Assembly: GCA_023245035.1 (NCBI GenBank)
Contig: JAHFLD010000002.1
Location: forward strand, 131,517-195,516
Source of the DNA: Candidatus Harrisonbacteria bacterium
Lineage (GTDB): Bacteria; Patescibacteriota; Minisyncoccia; UBA6257; 1-14-0-10-40-38
Reading direction: 5' to 3'
DNA: 64,000 nucleotides
The notes under the pieces: generated by a model
What the model was told of the DNA's origin: nothing
Seen by the model: only the letters and a program-made list of their open reading frames with translations
Database searches by the model: none
Position numbers and translations under genes: made by a program
Part shown: positions 40,086 to 50,622 of the stretch, piece after piece
How positions within the stretch are numbered: the first letter of the stretch is position 1
How the letters are laid out: each line of letters opens with the position of its first letter

Positions 40086-41410
40086 CTTGTTTTAGTTACA
40101 AAAAGAAACTCCTTATGATTATTGAAATCTGTGTTGCCAGCGTTAAAATGCCGGTAGTTCTTCTCAAAGACTTTTGTTTTCCCCTTTTCAGACAATATTC
40201 TTTCAATTTCTTCGTGAGTAATCTTATTGAGAGATGAACTGCTTTTAGAGGCATAGGTATTGTTATACGATACAACCAAAAATCTTGCGTCTATGTCTCG
40301 CACCAATTCCGCCAGTTTATCTTTTGCAGTACTCCGACAATAATCACTCATATTTTCTTCTATGGGTTTCAGTGCTGCTCCATAAAGCTTTGGTTTGTCC
40401 CACTTGGTTAAAGTCTCGAGCAGATGGTAAAAGCGGCTGTACTGCCTTGAATTGTAAGGGGGATCAATATACACAACATCTGTGTGTATCTTTTTTGCTA
40501 AAATGTTTGCATCCTCCCTATATATCTCAACATCCTCAACCTGAATGGGTAGAAGAGAGCGCATTGCAAAAGTATCATCAACCAACGTCTTCTTAAAATA
40601 TGCGTCATAATGACCCACAGTGTTAGCGATTTTATCTATTGCATACAACAGCGAGGTAATAAGTACATAATACTCCCTTTCAGTTAAATCACTCTTCCTT
40701 TTTTCTATATCATCTCTAACAAATCCAATTATTCTTGCAGAACTTCGGCTAAAGTATTTTCCACCGAAATTTCTAGAAAAATAGCTGTCTGGTAAATCCT
40801 TTCCGTTTATACGATTGTATTCTTGAATGGTGCTGTTAATTTTCTCTTTGTCCCAATCACCTTTATCAAAAAATGCTTTGTAAACAGCGTGATTAGAATG
40901 TAAAAAATCATTTAGAATGACGTTCTTAAATCGTGCCGCAGCTCTTGCAGCCATGACACCCGTACCGGCGAAGATATCCGTAAAAGAATCGCCATCGCAT
41001 TCTTTCTCTAAAATAGAGAAAATCCAATCCGCTAATTTATACTTGTTACCGATATATCTCCGATTTTGCAATTGAGAAAAAGTCTCTTCCTTTCGGGAAA
41101 ATGGAAATGCTGTTTGACTACTTGACCCGCCCTCCTGATAAAATCTTTTGACCAATGAAATTGCGGCAACGATTTGCAGAGCTTTGGCATGTCCAACTCC
41201 TGCAATCTTTCGTAGGTCATCCAAGGTGATGCTCAAGAAATTCTTACCTGATTTTTGAATAATTTGTTTTGCAAGTTCCTGAACATTCTTCCCTTGTATA
41301 CCACTACCCAAAACAATAGCCAAAAGTTCACTTTTGGATAACGCATCGGGTCCTTTTGCGAGAAACCGTTCTCTCGGAAGACTGTCCTTCGGTAAGTCCT
41401 TTAACTTCAT
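40082..41410 (-). CDS. N6-adenine DNA methyltransferase with N-terminal RadC/UPF0758-like domain
   Basis: PRER....GPDALS..ELLAI.LGSG..G; then NRRYIGNK, DIFAGTG, DPPY. Confidence 0.88.
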   Translation of the reverse strand: MKLKDLPKDSLPRERFLAKGPDALSKSELLAIVLGSGIQGKNVQELAKQIIQKSGKNFLSITLDDLRKIAGVGHAKALQIVAAISLVKRFYQEGGSSSQTAFPFSRKEETFSQLQNRRYIGNKYKLADWIFSILEKECDGDSFTDIFAGTGVMAARAAARFKNVILNDFLHSNHAVYKAFFDKGDWDKEKINSTIQEYNRINGKDLPDSYFSRNFGGKYFSRSSARIIGFVRDDIEKRKSDLTEREYYVLITSLLYAIDKIANTVGHYDAYFKKTLVDDTFAMRSLLPIQVEDVEIYREDANILAKKIHTDVVYIDPPYNSRQYSRFYHLLETLTKWDKPKLYGAALKPIEENMSDYCRSTAKDKLAELVRDIDARFLVVSYNNTYASKSSSSLNKITHEEIERILSEKGKTKVFEKNYRHFNAGNTDFNNHKEFLFVTKTR

Positions 41411-41705
41411 GCTTATATAATCTCATGAAATCAGTGTTTCTCAAACCGACCCTCACCCTGTTTTTCCATTACTGACTTAAAAACACCCACGCATTCAGAG
41501 AAATTTGAAATAGGTTCTAACTTGGTCGTATAATGTGGACTGAATAAAACTCGTGTCAGAAGAAGCGAATTTTCCCCGCGCGGCGCGAAGCGCCCCGTAT
41601 GCAAGAGAAGGATTTTCTCGGACTTTTTTGTCGTGCAGAGTCTATGTGCGTTTGCCCCACCCATCCATGCGCATGCACCTTTCTTCGCTTTTCAGCGAAG
41701 CTACT

Positions 41706-42471
41706 TTATTTGAAAATCACTGAACATGAATTGAATGTCGGTGAAATAAACATGGGCAAAAGTAAAATTGCTGAAATGATAAACAAAGCGCATATCCCAA
41801 CAAAATAGCATTCACTTGTCGCAACTTCCCTCGGCTTGGATGCAATTTCTTCTTTATACTTTTCTTGTCTGTATCGTTCGTAACTATCAATATCAACGAT
41901 ATCTATCCCTACCTTCTTGATAAAATCCTTCTTGGAATTTTGTAGGAATTCTAATCGTCCATCTAACGAGTCACTCTCCTGCGCTAAAATCCAAGTCAAA
42001 TAAATGCTAGAACCGATAATGAAAATTGCAAAACCAGAACCACTAATGATAGAGACCGCATTTACACATTTATTTGAGTCTTCGCCCGCGATTAGCAGAA
42101 ATAATCCTGCGACCACAGCCGCCGCAATGGTCATAAGAGTTCCCAGAAAAGCACGCTTGTGGTTAAGGTGTTTTGAAATCAACTCAATGGTTTTCTTTTC
42201 TCCTTCGTCTAAGATTCGCTCTCGTTCCTCAAGTGTCTTTATGTACTTCGGCTGTTCCTCTTTCCACCGAGAATAACGGTCCCAAAAAAATTCCATTAGA
42301 AACTATCTTTTTGTCTTTGTCTAAGATTAAACCTGCGAGCTTATCATAAACTCCCAAAAGAGCTTCTGGTGAAGCTTTGTCTCCGACTTCCTGTGTCGTT
42401 CGATCAAGCTTGCCGCTATTGTTATTCAGTATGAATTCTTCTCCCCACGCTTTTAGCTTAATTTCTTGCAT
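41706..42471 (-). pseudogene. Hypothetical membrane protein apparently split by a +1 frameshift in a T7 run
   Basis: ORFs 42229-42471 and 41706-42296 join as NGIFWDRY if one T is removed at 42284-42290. Confidence 0.5.
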
Positions 42472-42686
42472 AATTTCGCTTTATAATACTCTATATGTAA
42501 TATTTTTTCCAAACTCGCAAGAGTACTGATATTGAGCACAAGTAAGTAATGTCCATTGAAGGACAAATTGCAGTGTTTTGTGTTATTCCGAAAAAGGAAG
42601 GGTTGGAAATTGCGGATGAGTTTGTAAAAAAGCGCACGGCAAAGATGCAGTGCCGGGACCCCGGTCGCTAGAGGGCGACCTAGGGG

Positions 42687-42773
42687 CCAAGATTCCATGG
42701 TTCAGAGCCATGTGTCCTATCCCTAAATAAGATTATGGCGTTTCTTTGCCGTCCAAAGCTGCCGGGCCTGGAA
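42687..42773. repeat. 87-bp direct repeat containing tRNA-Gln fragments
   Basis: Identical by eye to 43080-43166. Confidence 0.85.
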
Positions 42774-43125
42774 ATCTCACGCGTCGCCTCGCTGCCTGCC
42801 GGCAGGCAGGGCTCCTTTTAAAACCCAGCGGTTTAATAAGTTTAACAACTTATCAAGCGTTTCGCTCGCGAAACATAAAATCAAATATGTTTTTACGTTT
42901 CCGGCTCGCTCGCGCTTGTAATATTTCCGCCACGGGAAAACTTCCGTTTTCCCTGCCCGACCGGCAGGCGGGCCGACCCCTTTCCCGTTCGATTCCAAGT
43001 ACTTGAACAGCATAGATACAAAATAACCCCACCACAAGGGCGAGGTTATTTTGTATGTGCTGCCGGGCCTGGAATCGAACCAAGATTCCATGGTTCAGAG
43101 CCATGTGTCCTATCCCTAAATAAGA

Positions 43126-43467
43126 TTATGGCGTTTCTTTGCCGTCCAAAGCTGCCGGGCCTGGAATCGAACCAAGATTGCATGGTTCAGAGCCATGCGT
43201 CCTACCATTAGACGACCCGGCAGTTTTGGACGCCAATTCTTTTTTTAGCTTACCACCCCATGGTGTATATTTTAAAACCCATTCTTTTTTCCTGGCCTCC
43301 GAAAGAGTGTTGAAAAGTTCTTTGAAGACTAAGTCAAAAGGACGGCGCTTCTTGGTACTTCTAACTCGTCCGGTGTTGTGATTTAAAAGACGCTTGTCTA
43401 GGTCAACACATGTTCCAACATATAGTTTACCGTCCTTTTGACTTTTTAAAATATAAAGGTACGCCAT
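43126..43467 (-). CDS. GIY-YIG nuclease family protein reading through tRNA-Gln
   Basis: YLYILKS..DGKLYVG...DL.KRL..HN.G...STK.RRP, EARKKE..LK. Confidence 0.85.
   Translation of the reverse strand: MAYLYILKSQKDGKLYVGTCVDLDKRLLNHNTGRVRSTKKRRPFDLVFKELFNTLSEARKKEWVLKYTPWGGKLKKELASKTAGSSNGRTHGSEPCNLGSIPGPAALDGKETP
43152..43222 (-). tRNA. tRNA-Gln(CTG)
   Basis: Cloverleaf, anticodon loop ctctgaa. Confidence 0.92.
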
Positions 43468-43609
43468 AATCTTATCGGGACCCCGGTCGCTAGAGGGCGA
43501 TCTAGGGGCCTTTAGACGACCCGGCAAGGGGATGCAGTTCGCGGGTGGTGGTTTTGGGCTTAACCCTTTCCACAGTGCTTCGTCCGCCAAGCTATAATAT
43601 AATGGAGAC

Positions 43610-44092
43610 ATGAATGAACGCAAACCGCTTCGCGTCTTGATTGGCATACTCGTTATCATCGTAGTTTTGTTTTCCTGGTCGTGGTTGGGCAATCCAAATC
43701 GCGGAGTGATATCTGCGTGGAAGAAGGCCGGTGTTGGGTGTCTGGCGGCACATGAAAATGCCGGACAACATATTCATCAGCACTTGTTTATTAGAGTTGA
43801 CGGCAAGGAGGAGGGAATACCGGCGAATACCGGCATCGTTCAGGGCTGTATGGCCGAGGTGCATGTGCATGGCAATGATGATGAGCTTCATGTGGAGAGC
43901 GTTGATCCGACCAAAAAAATAACGCTTGGGCAGTTTATGACAGTTTACGGAAAGCCCTTAGCGAGGGATGGTTACCGAGTAACGCTTAAAGTTGACGCCG
44001 TGCCATCAGAGAAGCTGGGCGACTTGATTCTTGCCGACGGCCAGACGATTGAGCTTGATTATGAATCCATTACACCCGATGCCAAAAAATAA
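43610..44092 (+). CDS. Exported His-rich hypothetical protein
   Basis: TM; HIHQHL, IPANTG, HVH, LHVE. Confidence 0.75.
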   Translation: MNERKPLRVLIGILVIIVVLFSWSWLGNPNRGVISAWKKAGVGCLAAHENAGQHIHQHLFIRVDGKEEGIPANTGIVQGCMAEVHVHGNDDELHVESVDPTKKITLGQFMTVYGKPLARDGYRVTLKVDAVPSEKLGDLILADGQTIELDYESITPDAKK

Positions 44093-45368
44093 TCCAGCGC
44101 CAAAAAATGAGGTGGCGATAGACGAAGCCCTTCCCGATGGTTTGATAAAGGACGCTTTGGACAAGCAGCTGCGCGGAGCGCCGAGCCAGGTTTCTATTAT
44201 CAAGCTAGTGGACAATCTGATTGAGAACGCCGCCGAAATGCGGGCGTCGGACGTGCATATTGATCCGGAAGAAAAGGACATTCGAGTTCGTTTTAGAATT
44301 GACGGCGTGTTGCACGACAGTTTTATTTTGCCCAAAGAATTGCACTCGGAGGTAATTACCCGCATCAAGATTTTATCCAGTATGCGCACCGACGAGCATC
44401 AGGCGGCGCAAGACGGACGATTCAAGTTTTTTTTAAAGCATGACGGACACGATATAAAAATAGATGTGCGGGTTTCCGTGGCGCCGACTTATTATGGAGA
44501 AAATTGCGTGATGCGACTTTTGGGCGAGGGCAACACCGCTTTTACTCTGGTTTCGCTCGGATTTTCCGAGGAAAATATGAATCGCGTCCATAAGGCGATT
44601 AAGAAGCCTTATGGCATGATTCTCGCCACCGGCCCCACGGGTTCCGGAAAGACGACGACGCTTTATTCAATTTTAAAAGAGCTGAATACCAAAGATGTCT
44701 CCATTATCACCATTGAAGATCCGGTGGAATATTCCATGGAAGGGTTGGATCAGATTCAGGTAAACCCGCGGACGGGACTAACTTTTGCCGACGGTTTGCG
44801 ATTCATCTTGCGTCAGGATCCGAACATCATAATGGTCGGTGAAATTCGCGACAACGAGACGGCGGGCATCGCGGTCAACGCCGCTATGACCGGACATTTG
44901 GTGCTGTCCACGCTCCACACCAACGACGCGGCAACAACCCTGCCTCGCTTGCTGGATATGAAGGTGGAGCCATTCTTAATTTCTTCCACGTTAAATGTCG
45001 CTATCGGCCAGCGCTTGGTGCGAATGATCTGCGCCGATTGCAAGGTAGAGAAGAGAATGTCGCCGGCGGAGATTCAGGCGCTGACGGCCATTATTCCGGT
45101 AGAGATGTTAAAAGGTAAAACTGATTTTTATTCCGGCGTCGGCTGTAAAAAATGCAACGGTAGCGGTTACAAGAGCCGAATCGGCATTCATGAAGTGCTG
45201 GAGAATACCGAGGTAATCCGCGATCTTATAATGAAGCGGGCCAGCGCTTCGGAGATACGAACCGCCGCTCAGAAGCAGGGGATGAAGACGATGCTGGAGG
45301 ATGGAATTGAAAAGGCCCTAAAAGGCACAACGACAATTGAGGAGGTGCTCCGCGTATTCCATGACTAA
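44079..45368 (+). CDS. Type IV pilus / T2SS assembly ATPase (PilB/GspE)
   Basis: ASDVHIDP, GPTGSGKTT, EDPVE, LRQDP, STLHTN, CxxC pairs. Confidence 0.95.
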   Translation: MPKNNPAPKNEVAIDEALPDGLIKDALDKQLRGAPSQVSIIKLVDNLIENAAEMRASDVHIDPEEKDIRVRFRIDGVLHDSFILPKELHSEVITRIKILSSMRTDEHQAAQDGRFKFFLKHDGHDIKIDVRVSVAPTYYGENCVMRLLGEGNTAFTLVSLGFSEENMNRVHKAIKKPYGMILATGPTGSGKTTTLYSILKELNTKDVSIITIEDPVEYSMEGLDQIQVNPRTGLTFADGLRFILRQDPNIIMVGEIRDNETAGIAVNAAMTGHLVLSTLHTNDAATTLPRLLDMKVEPFLISSTLNVAIGQRLVRMICADCKVEKRMSPAEIQALTAIIPVEMLKGKTDFYSGVGCKKCNGSGYKSRIGIHEVLENTEVIRDLIMKRASASEIRTAAQKQGMKTMLEDGIEKALKGTTTIEEVLRVFHD

Positions 45369-46419
45369 AAATTTATTTCTGAAAGTTTCTCTGCAGGAGA
45401 AAATTCTCTTCACCAAGAACCTGGCTTTATCCATCAAGGCCGGGGTGTCGCTGGTTAATAGTCTGCAATTCATCCGAATGCAGATGAAGAGCCGGAGTTT
45501 TAGAAAGATTCTGGATGAAGTTTTGACCGAGGTAAATCGGGGGAAGTTTTTGTCGGACAGTTTAGCCAAATATTCCAATGTTTTCGGCGAATTGTTTGTG
45601 AATATCATCCGGATCGGGGAGACGAGCGGCAATCTGCCGGGAAATCTGCTTTTTTTGGGGGATGAGTTAAAAAAGCAGAGCGAGCTTCGCAAAAAAGTTA
45701 AGGGAGCGATGATTTATCCGATTATCATCATGATCGTGACGGTGATTATCGCGACTTCCATGATTGTGTTTGTCTTTCCAAAGATTCTGCCGCTTTTCCA
45801 GAATATTAAGGGTGGTTTGCCGCTGACGACGCGAATTTTAATAAAACTATCGGATGTAATTTCTAATTTTGGAATTTATCTTGGGCTTGGCGTGGTGGCT
45901 TTTTTTATCGGGTTCCGTTTGTTATTGAGGATTCCGGCGGTGCGCTTTGTGTTTCACGAGATATTATTTTATGTTCCGATTGCCGGGCGATCCATTGTGT
46001 ATTTCAATATGGCAAATTTTACGCGAACGCTGGGAATTCTTTTGCGGAGCGGCATTCCAATCGTGGATTCAATTACTATCGCGGCGCGAAGTCTGACCAA
46101 CCTGGTTTATCAGCGATATCTAAAACTGGCTGGCGACCAAATTCGCAAGGGAGATTTTTTGTCAAAATATCTGGCGCGTTATCCCAAGCGGTTTCCGGTT
46201 ACGATGGTTAACCTGATCACGGTGGGCGAGAACACCGGTAATTTAACCGACAACCTGGCGTATGTGGCGGAATATTACGAAAACGAAGTGGATGATCTGG
46301 TAAAAAATCTGTCCAACATTTTGGAACCGATTCTTTTGGTTTTCATGGGAACAGTAGTGGGTTTTATCGCGCTGTCATTCATAACCCCGATTTATCAGCT
46401 AACCAGGTCATTGCATTAA
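45361..46419 (+). CDS. Type IV pilus / T2SS platform protein (PilC/GspF)
   Basis: GETSGNL, AMIYP, LEP motifs. Confidence 0.93.
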   Translation: MTKNLFLKVSLQEKILFTKNLALSIKAGVSLVNSLQFIRMQMKSRSFRKILDEVLTEVNRGKFLSDSLAKYSNVFGELFVNIIRIGETSGNLPGNLLFLGDELKKQSELRKKVKGAMIYPIIIMIVTVIIATSMIVFVFPKILPLFQNIKGGLPLTTRILIKLSDVISNFGIYLGLGVVAFFIGFRLLLRIPAVRFVFHEILFYVPIAGRSIVYFNMANFTRTLGILLRSGIPIVDSITIAARSLTNLVYQRYLKLAGDQIRKGDFLSKYLARYPKRFPVTMVNLITVGENTGNLTDNLAYVAEYYENEVDDLVKNLSNILEPILLVFMGTVVGFIALSFITPIYQLTRSLH

Positions 46420-46428
46420 AACGCCGCC

Positions 46429-48234
46429 ATGCAACGAACGCATACTTCGCAACGAGGCGCGACGCTTTTGGAAACGCTAATCGGCGTGATTATTATCGGC
46501 ATCGTCGGTTTTAGCTTGTTTAGGGCTTTTACAACTTTGATTGACGTGTTCGGCACGATTAAGATAAAAAACGCGGCCACGAACTTGGCAAATGAGCAGA
46601 TGGAGGTGATTAAGAATATGAGTTATTCCGTCATCGGCACGATGGGCGGGATTCCCTCGGGAGTTATCGCGCCTTCACAGGGATTTTTGCGCGATGGTTT
46701 TCAACTTTTGATGCAGACTACGGTGCGAAACATTGATGATCCATTTGACGGAACGCTGGGCGGAACGCCCAATGATACCGCGCCGGCCGATTATAAGCTG
46801 GTAGAACTTTCAGTTTCCTGCACCACTTGTTTGGCCTCCTCCACGGTTACTATCACGGGACGAGTGGCGCCAAAAAGCCTGGAGTCCGCCTCGACTAACG
46901 GCGCGCTTTTCGTTCAAGCCATTGATGCCAATGGTGCCTTTGTTCCGAACGCCACGGTGCACGTGGTCAACAACCAAATAAATCCGACAATTAACGTAAC
47001 CGATGTCACCAATACAAATGGCGTGCTTCAATTGGTGGATGTTCCGCCGTCTTTTCAGTCCTACCAAATTACAGTCAGCAAATCCGGATATTCTTCAAGT
47101 CAAACTTATTCCACCAGCACCGGAAATCCCAATCCAACCGCGCCTCATTCAACTGTGGCGGCCCAATCAGTGACCCAAACAACCTTTGCCATTGACCGAG
47201 TCGGCCAGATTAATTTTTCCAGTTTGAACGCGACCTGCAATACGGTAGACAACACTTCGGTACAAATTTCGGGAAGCAAGCTTATCGGTACCGCTCCCAA
47301 TGTTTTGAAGTTTAATCAGAGTTATGTTTTTCCGGCTGGCGGAACGCTTTCGGTGCCGAGTTTGGAGTGGGATACTTATTCGGTGACGGCGAGCAACGCC
47401 GGTTATGATCTGGCTGGTTCCATTCCAACCTTGCCACTCAATCTGAATCCGGGCGTTACCCAAGGAGTGAAGCTAATTTTTCAGCCAAAAAGCTCGGCGG
47501 CGATTCTGGCCACTATTTTAGACAACGCTACGCGCCTGCCACTCGCGAACGCCACGGTGGCTTTAAGCCAGGGCGTGAACCCGGTGACAACCCTGACCAC
47601 CGGCAGGGGCTTTTTGGGGCAGACCAGTTGGGCTGGAGGATCGGGACAAGCCAACTTTGGCAATAACACCTTTTATGAATCACAAGACGGTAATATAGCC
47701 GACGGGAGTCCGGCGGGGGAGGCGAAGCTTAAGCTTTTGGCGACTTCCACTTACGCCACCGCCGGAGTTTTGATTTCTTCTACTTTTGACACCGGCTCGG
47801 CGAGTAATTTTTATAATTTTACCTTTAACCCGATAAGCCAGCCACCCGATATCGGGGCTAATAGCGTTCGCTTTCAACTGGCGAGCGCCACAACCAGTAC
47901 TCCGCTTACTTGGAATTTTTTGGGACCCGACGGCACCGCGTCATCCTATTATGACGCGGTTAATAGCAATATAAACGCCGCGCACAATGGCGACCGTTAT
48001 TTGAAATATAAAATTTATCTGCAAACCGCGAGTACAACTTTTACCCCGAGCGTTTCCGATATTGCCGCCACTTTTGCTTCGGATTGCGTGCCTCCGGGCC
48101 AGGTTTTATTCCAGGGACTGCCGCAAAATCAGACCTACACGCTGACGGTGGATCGCGCCGGTTATCAAACCCAGGTACAAAACATCACCTTGGACGCGAC
48201 CTTTAAAGAAATTCTAATTTTGATGTCGCCATAA
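46429..48234 (+). CDS. Prepilin-type protein with beta-sandwich (carboxypeptidase-regulatory-like) domains
   Basis: GATLLE N-terminal cleavage/methylation motif. Confidence 0.85.
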   Translation: MQRTHTSQRGATLLETLIGVIIIGIVGFSLFRAFTTLIDVFGTIKIKNAATNLANEQMEVIKNMSYSVIGTMGGIPSGVIAPSQGFLRDGFQLLMQTTVRNIDDPFDGTLGGTPNDTAPADYKLVELSVSCTTCLASSTVTITGRVAPKSLESASTNGALFVQAIDANGAFVPNATVHVVNNQINPTINVTDVTNTNGVLQLVDVPPSFQSYQITVSKSGYSSSQTYSTSTGNPNPTAPHSTVAAQSVTQTTFAIDRVGQINFSSLNATCNTVDNTSVQISGSKLIGTAPNVLKFNQSYVFPAGGTLSVPSLEWDTYSVTASNAGYDLAGSIPTLPLNLNPGVTQGVKLIFQPKSSAAILATILDNATRLPLANATVALSQGVNPVTTLTTGRGFLGQTSWAGGSGQANFGNNTFYESQDGNIADGSPAGEAKLKLLATSTYATAGVLISSTFDTGSASNFYNFTFNPISQPPDIGANSVRFQLASATTSTPLTWNFLGPDGTASSYYDAVNSNINAAHNGDRYLKYKIYLQTASTTFTPSVSDIAATFASDCVPPGQVLFQGLPQNQTYTLTVDRAGYQTQVQNITLDATFKEILILMSP

Positions 48235-48238
48235 AAAC

Positions 48239-48874
48239 ATGCCCCGCCTATTAAACTTTAACCCAAAAAAATCCACCGCCGGTTTTACCCTGCTAGAACT
48301 TTTGGTTGTGATGGGGGTGCTGATAGTTATCGGCGGAGTGGTGGTCTTTGCCTTGCGAAATCTTTTTTTGACGAGCGATTTTTTGGGAGAGTCGCTGTCG
48401 GATGAGCGCGATTTGGAAAACACGATTCAGACCATGACCCGCGAAATTCGCGCCGCTTCGCCTTCGAGTCTCGGCAGTTATCCTTTGGCGGTGACTGGCA
48501 GCACCAGCGTGGCATTTTTTGTGAATCTTGATTCGGACACAAAAAAGGAGCGGGTCCAATATTTTTTGGAGGGCACGACTCTCAAGAGGAGCGTTGTCTA
48601 TCCAGCCGGTTCGCCGCTGACCTATAGCACCACTACCGCTCAGGAGAGTTTGGCCACGGTTCTGCGGGGAATCGCCGCCAGCACGACACCGCTTTTTTCC
48701 TACTACGATAAAAACTTTGGCGGGACGACGACGCCGCTTACCCAACCAATCAACGTTAGCGACGTTCGCCACATCCGAATCGCGATTACAATTGATAAAA
48801 GCCCGATTGATAACAATCCGCCGCTAGGGGCCGTGGGCGAGGTGACGGTCCGTAATTTGAAGGATAATTATTGA
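48239..48874 (+). CDS. Prepilin-type (minor pilin) protein
   Basis: GFTLLE motif. Confidence 0.9.
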   Translation: MPRLLNFNPKKSTAGFTLLELLVVMGVLIVIGGVVVFALRNLFLTSDFLGESLSDERDLENTIQTMTREIRAASPSSLGSYPLAVTGSTSVAFFVNLDSDTKKERVQYFLEGTTLKRSVVYPAGSPLTYSTTTAQESLATVLRGIAASTTPLFSYYDKNFGGTTTPLTQPINVSDVRHIRIAITIDKSPIDNNPPLGAVGEVTVRNLKDNY

Positions 48875-50322
48875 AACAAGATATGAAGAAAACACTGGGA
48901 CAAGTTTTGGTGCCATCGCTCCTCGTTAGCTTCATCGGCGGAGCGTTGATAATTGTTTTAACCAATCTCGCGGTGGCCAACCTTTCCACGATTGGGAAGG
49001 CCAGTTCTTCGGAGTTGGCTTTTCAGATCGCCGAGGCGGGGATTGAATACTATCGCTGGCATTTAGCTCACGCTTCGAGCGACTATCAAAATGGTACTGG
49101 CCAACCGGGGCCGTATACGATTCCTTACAACGACAAAAACGGAACGCAGATCGGGCAGATTATTTTGGACATCACGCCGCCGCCCATTGGTTCCACGGTA
49201 GTTACGATTTTATCTACCGGCAAGGTGACTGCCGATCCTTCGGTTCAGCGAAAGATTAGATCTCAACTTGCGATTCCGTCTTTGGCTAGATACGCGACGG
49301 TGGCCAACGACGTTATGCGCTTTGGTCCCGGAACGGAAATTTTTGGGCCGATTCACTCCAATGCCGGCATTCGTTTTGACGGCATTGCCAATAACATCGT
49401 GACCAGCGCGCAGGCGAGCTATGACGACCCCGATCATAGCGGGGCCAACGAGTTCGGTGTTCATACCCATGTCAACCCAACAGATCCTCTGCCACCGGCC
49501 ACAGCACCGAATCGTCCCGATGTGTTTCGAGCCGGGCGGCAATTTCCGGTTCCGGCGGTGGATTTTCCCGGATTAACCGCCAACTTGGCACAGATTAAAA
49601 CCGACGCGCAGGCGGCTGGGCGATATTTCGCCAACTCGGGCGGGCAAGGATACTATATGATTCTTAAGACGGATGACAGTTTTGACTTGTATCGGGTTAA
49701 TTCTCTGACTAATCCGCCGTCGGGTTGCGACAACCTACTCGGACAGACCGGTTGGGGAACCTGGAGCTTTGCCACCAACACCCAGCCGTTTTTGGGAAAT
49801 TATACTTTTCCGGCAAATGGGCTGATATTTTTTGAGGATCACTTGTGGGTACGAGGACAAATCAATACCGCCCGACTTACTATTGCCTCTGGAGTTTTTC
49901 CGGAGACGCCGACAACCAATACCAGCATAACTGTGAATAATGATTTACTTTATACCAATTTTGACGGACAGGATGTGATTTCTTTAATCGCGCAAAACAA
50001 TCTCAACGTTGGCTGGGCCTCGGCCAACACGCTCACGATTGATGCCGCGCTCGTGGCAAAAAACGGAAGAGTCGGAAGGTATTATTATCGGCCACCGACG
50101 AGCACGAGCAATCAACGTTGCGCGCCTTATCACGTGCGTAATCAAATTACGCTCTACGGAACGATTACCACTAATCAGCGTTACGGCTTTGCCTATACCG
50201 ACGGCACGGGCTACGCCACCCGAACCATAACCTACGATCCAAACTTACTCTACGCGCCACCGCCGAGTTTTCCGCTGACGTCTTCGCAGTACGAAATTAT
50301 TTCGTGGGAGGAGGTGCGTTAG
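48871..50322 (+). CDS. PilX-like pilus assembly protein
   Basis: AFQIAEAGIE, C-terminal YD..L...PP.FP...SWEE. Confidence 0.8.
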   Translation: MKQDMKKTLGQVLVPSLLVSFIGGALIIVLTNLAVANLSTIGKASSSELAFQIAEAGIEYYRWHLAHASSDYQNGTGQPGPYTIPYNDKNGTQIGQIILDITPPPIGSTVVTILSTGKVTADPSVQRKIRSQLAIPSLARYATVANDVMRFGPGTEIFGPIHSNAGIRFDGIANNIVTSAQASYDDPDHSGANEFGVHTHVNPTDPLPPATAPNRPDVFRAGRQFPVPAVDFPGLTANLAQIKTDAQAAGRYFANSGGQGYYMILKTDDSFDLYRVNSLTNPPSGCDNLLGQTGWGTWSFATNTQPFLGNYTFPANGLIFFEDHLWVRGQINTARLTIASGVFPETPTTNTSITVNNDLLYTNFDGQDVISLIAQNNLNVGWASANTLTIDAALVAKNGRVGRYYYRPPTSTSNQRCAPYHVRNQITLYGTITTNQRYGFAYTDGTGYATRTITYDPNLLYAPPPSFPLTSSQYEIISWEEVR

Positions 50323-50622
50323 GGGACTCGCCATCTCCTTTGCAGTCACCGCGGTTTCATTTTCTCCAGCGGAAAATGAACCGCTACCTCTCAACTTAAA
50401 AATTTTGACTGCTGTCAAAAACCGATCTTTTTAAGTTTCCGAGAGTTGCCCGCAGAAGGAGATGGCTCGCTGGTTGGGGCGGTGATAGCCTAGCTCGTGT
50501 CGTCTCCGAGAGCTTCCCAAAATACAAAAGTCCTCGCTGGGTGGGAATTGAATAATAAAAAGCCCCGACGAGAGTCGGGGCTTGGGTGGTGGCGCCAGGA
50601 TAGCGGCGAGTCACCAGCTTGA

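Noticed and set aside
43059-43112. Additional tRNA-Gln gene
   Set aside because: Lacks the 5' acceptor strand and D-arm, so it is a fragment only
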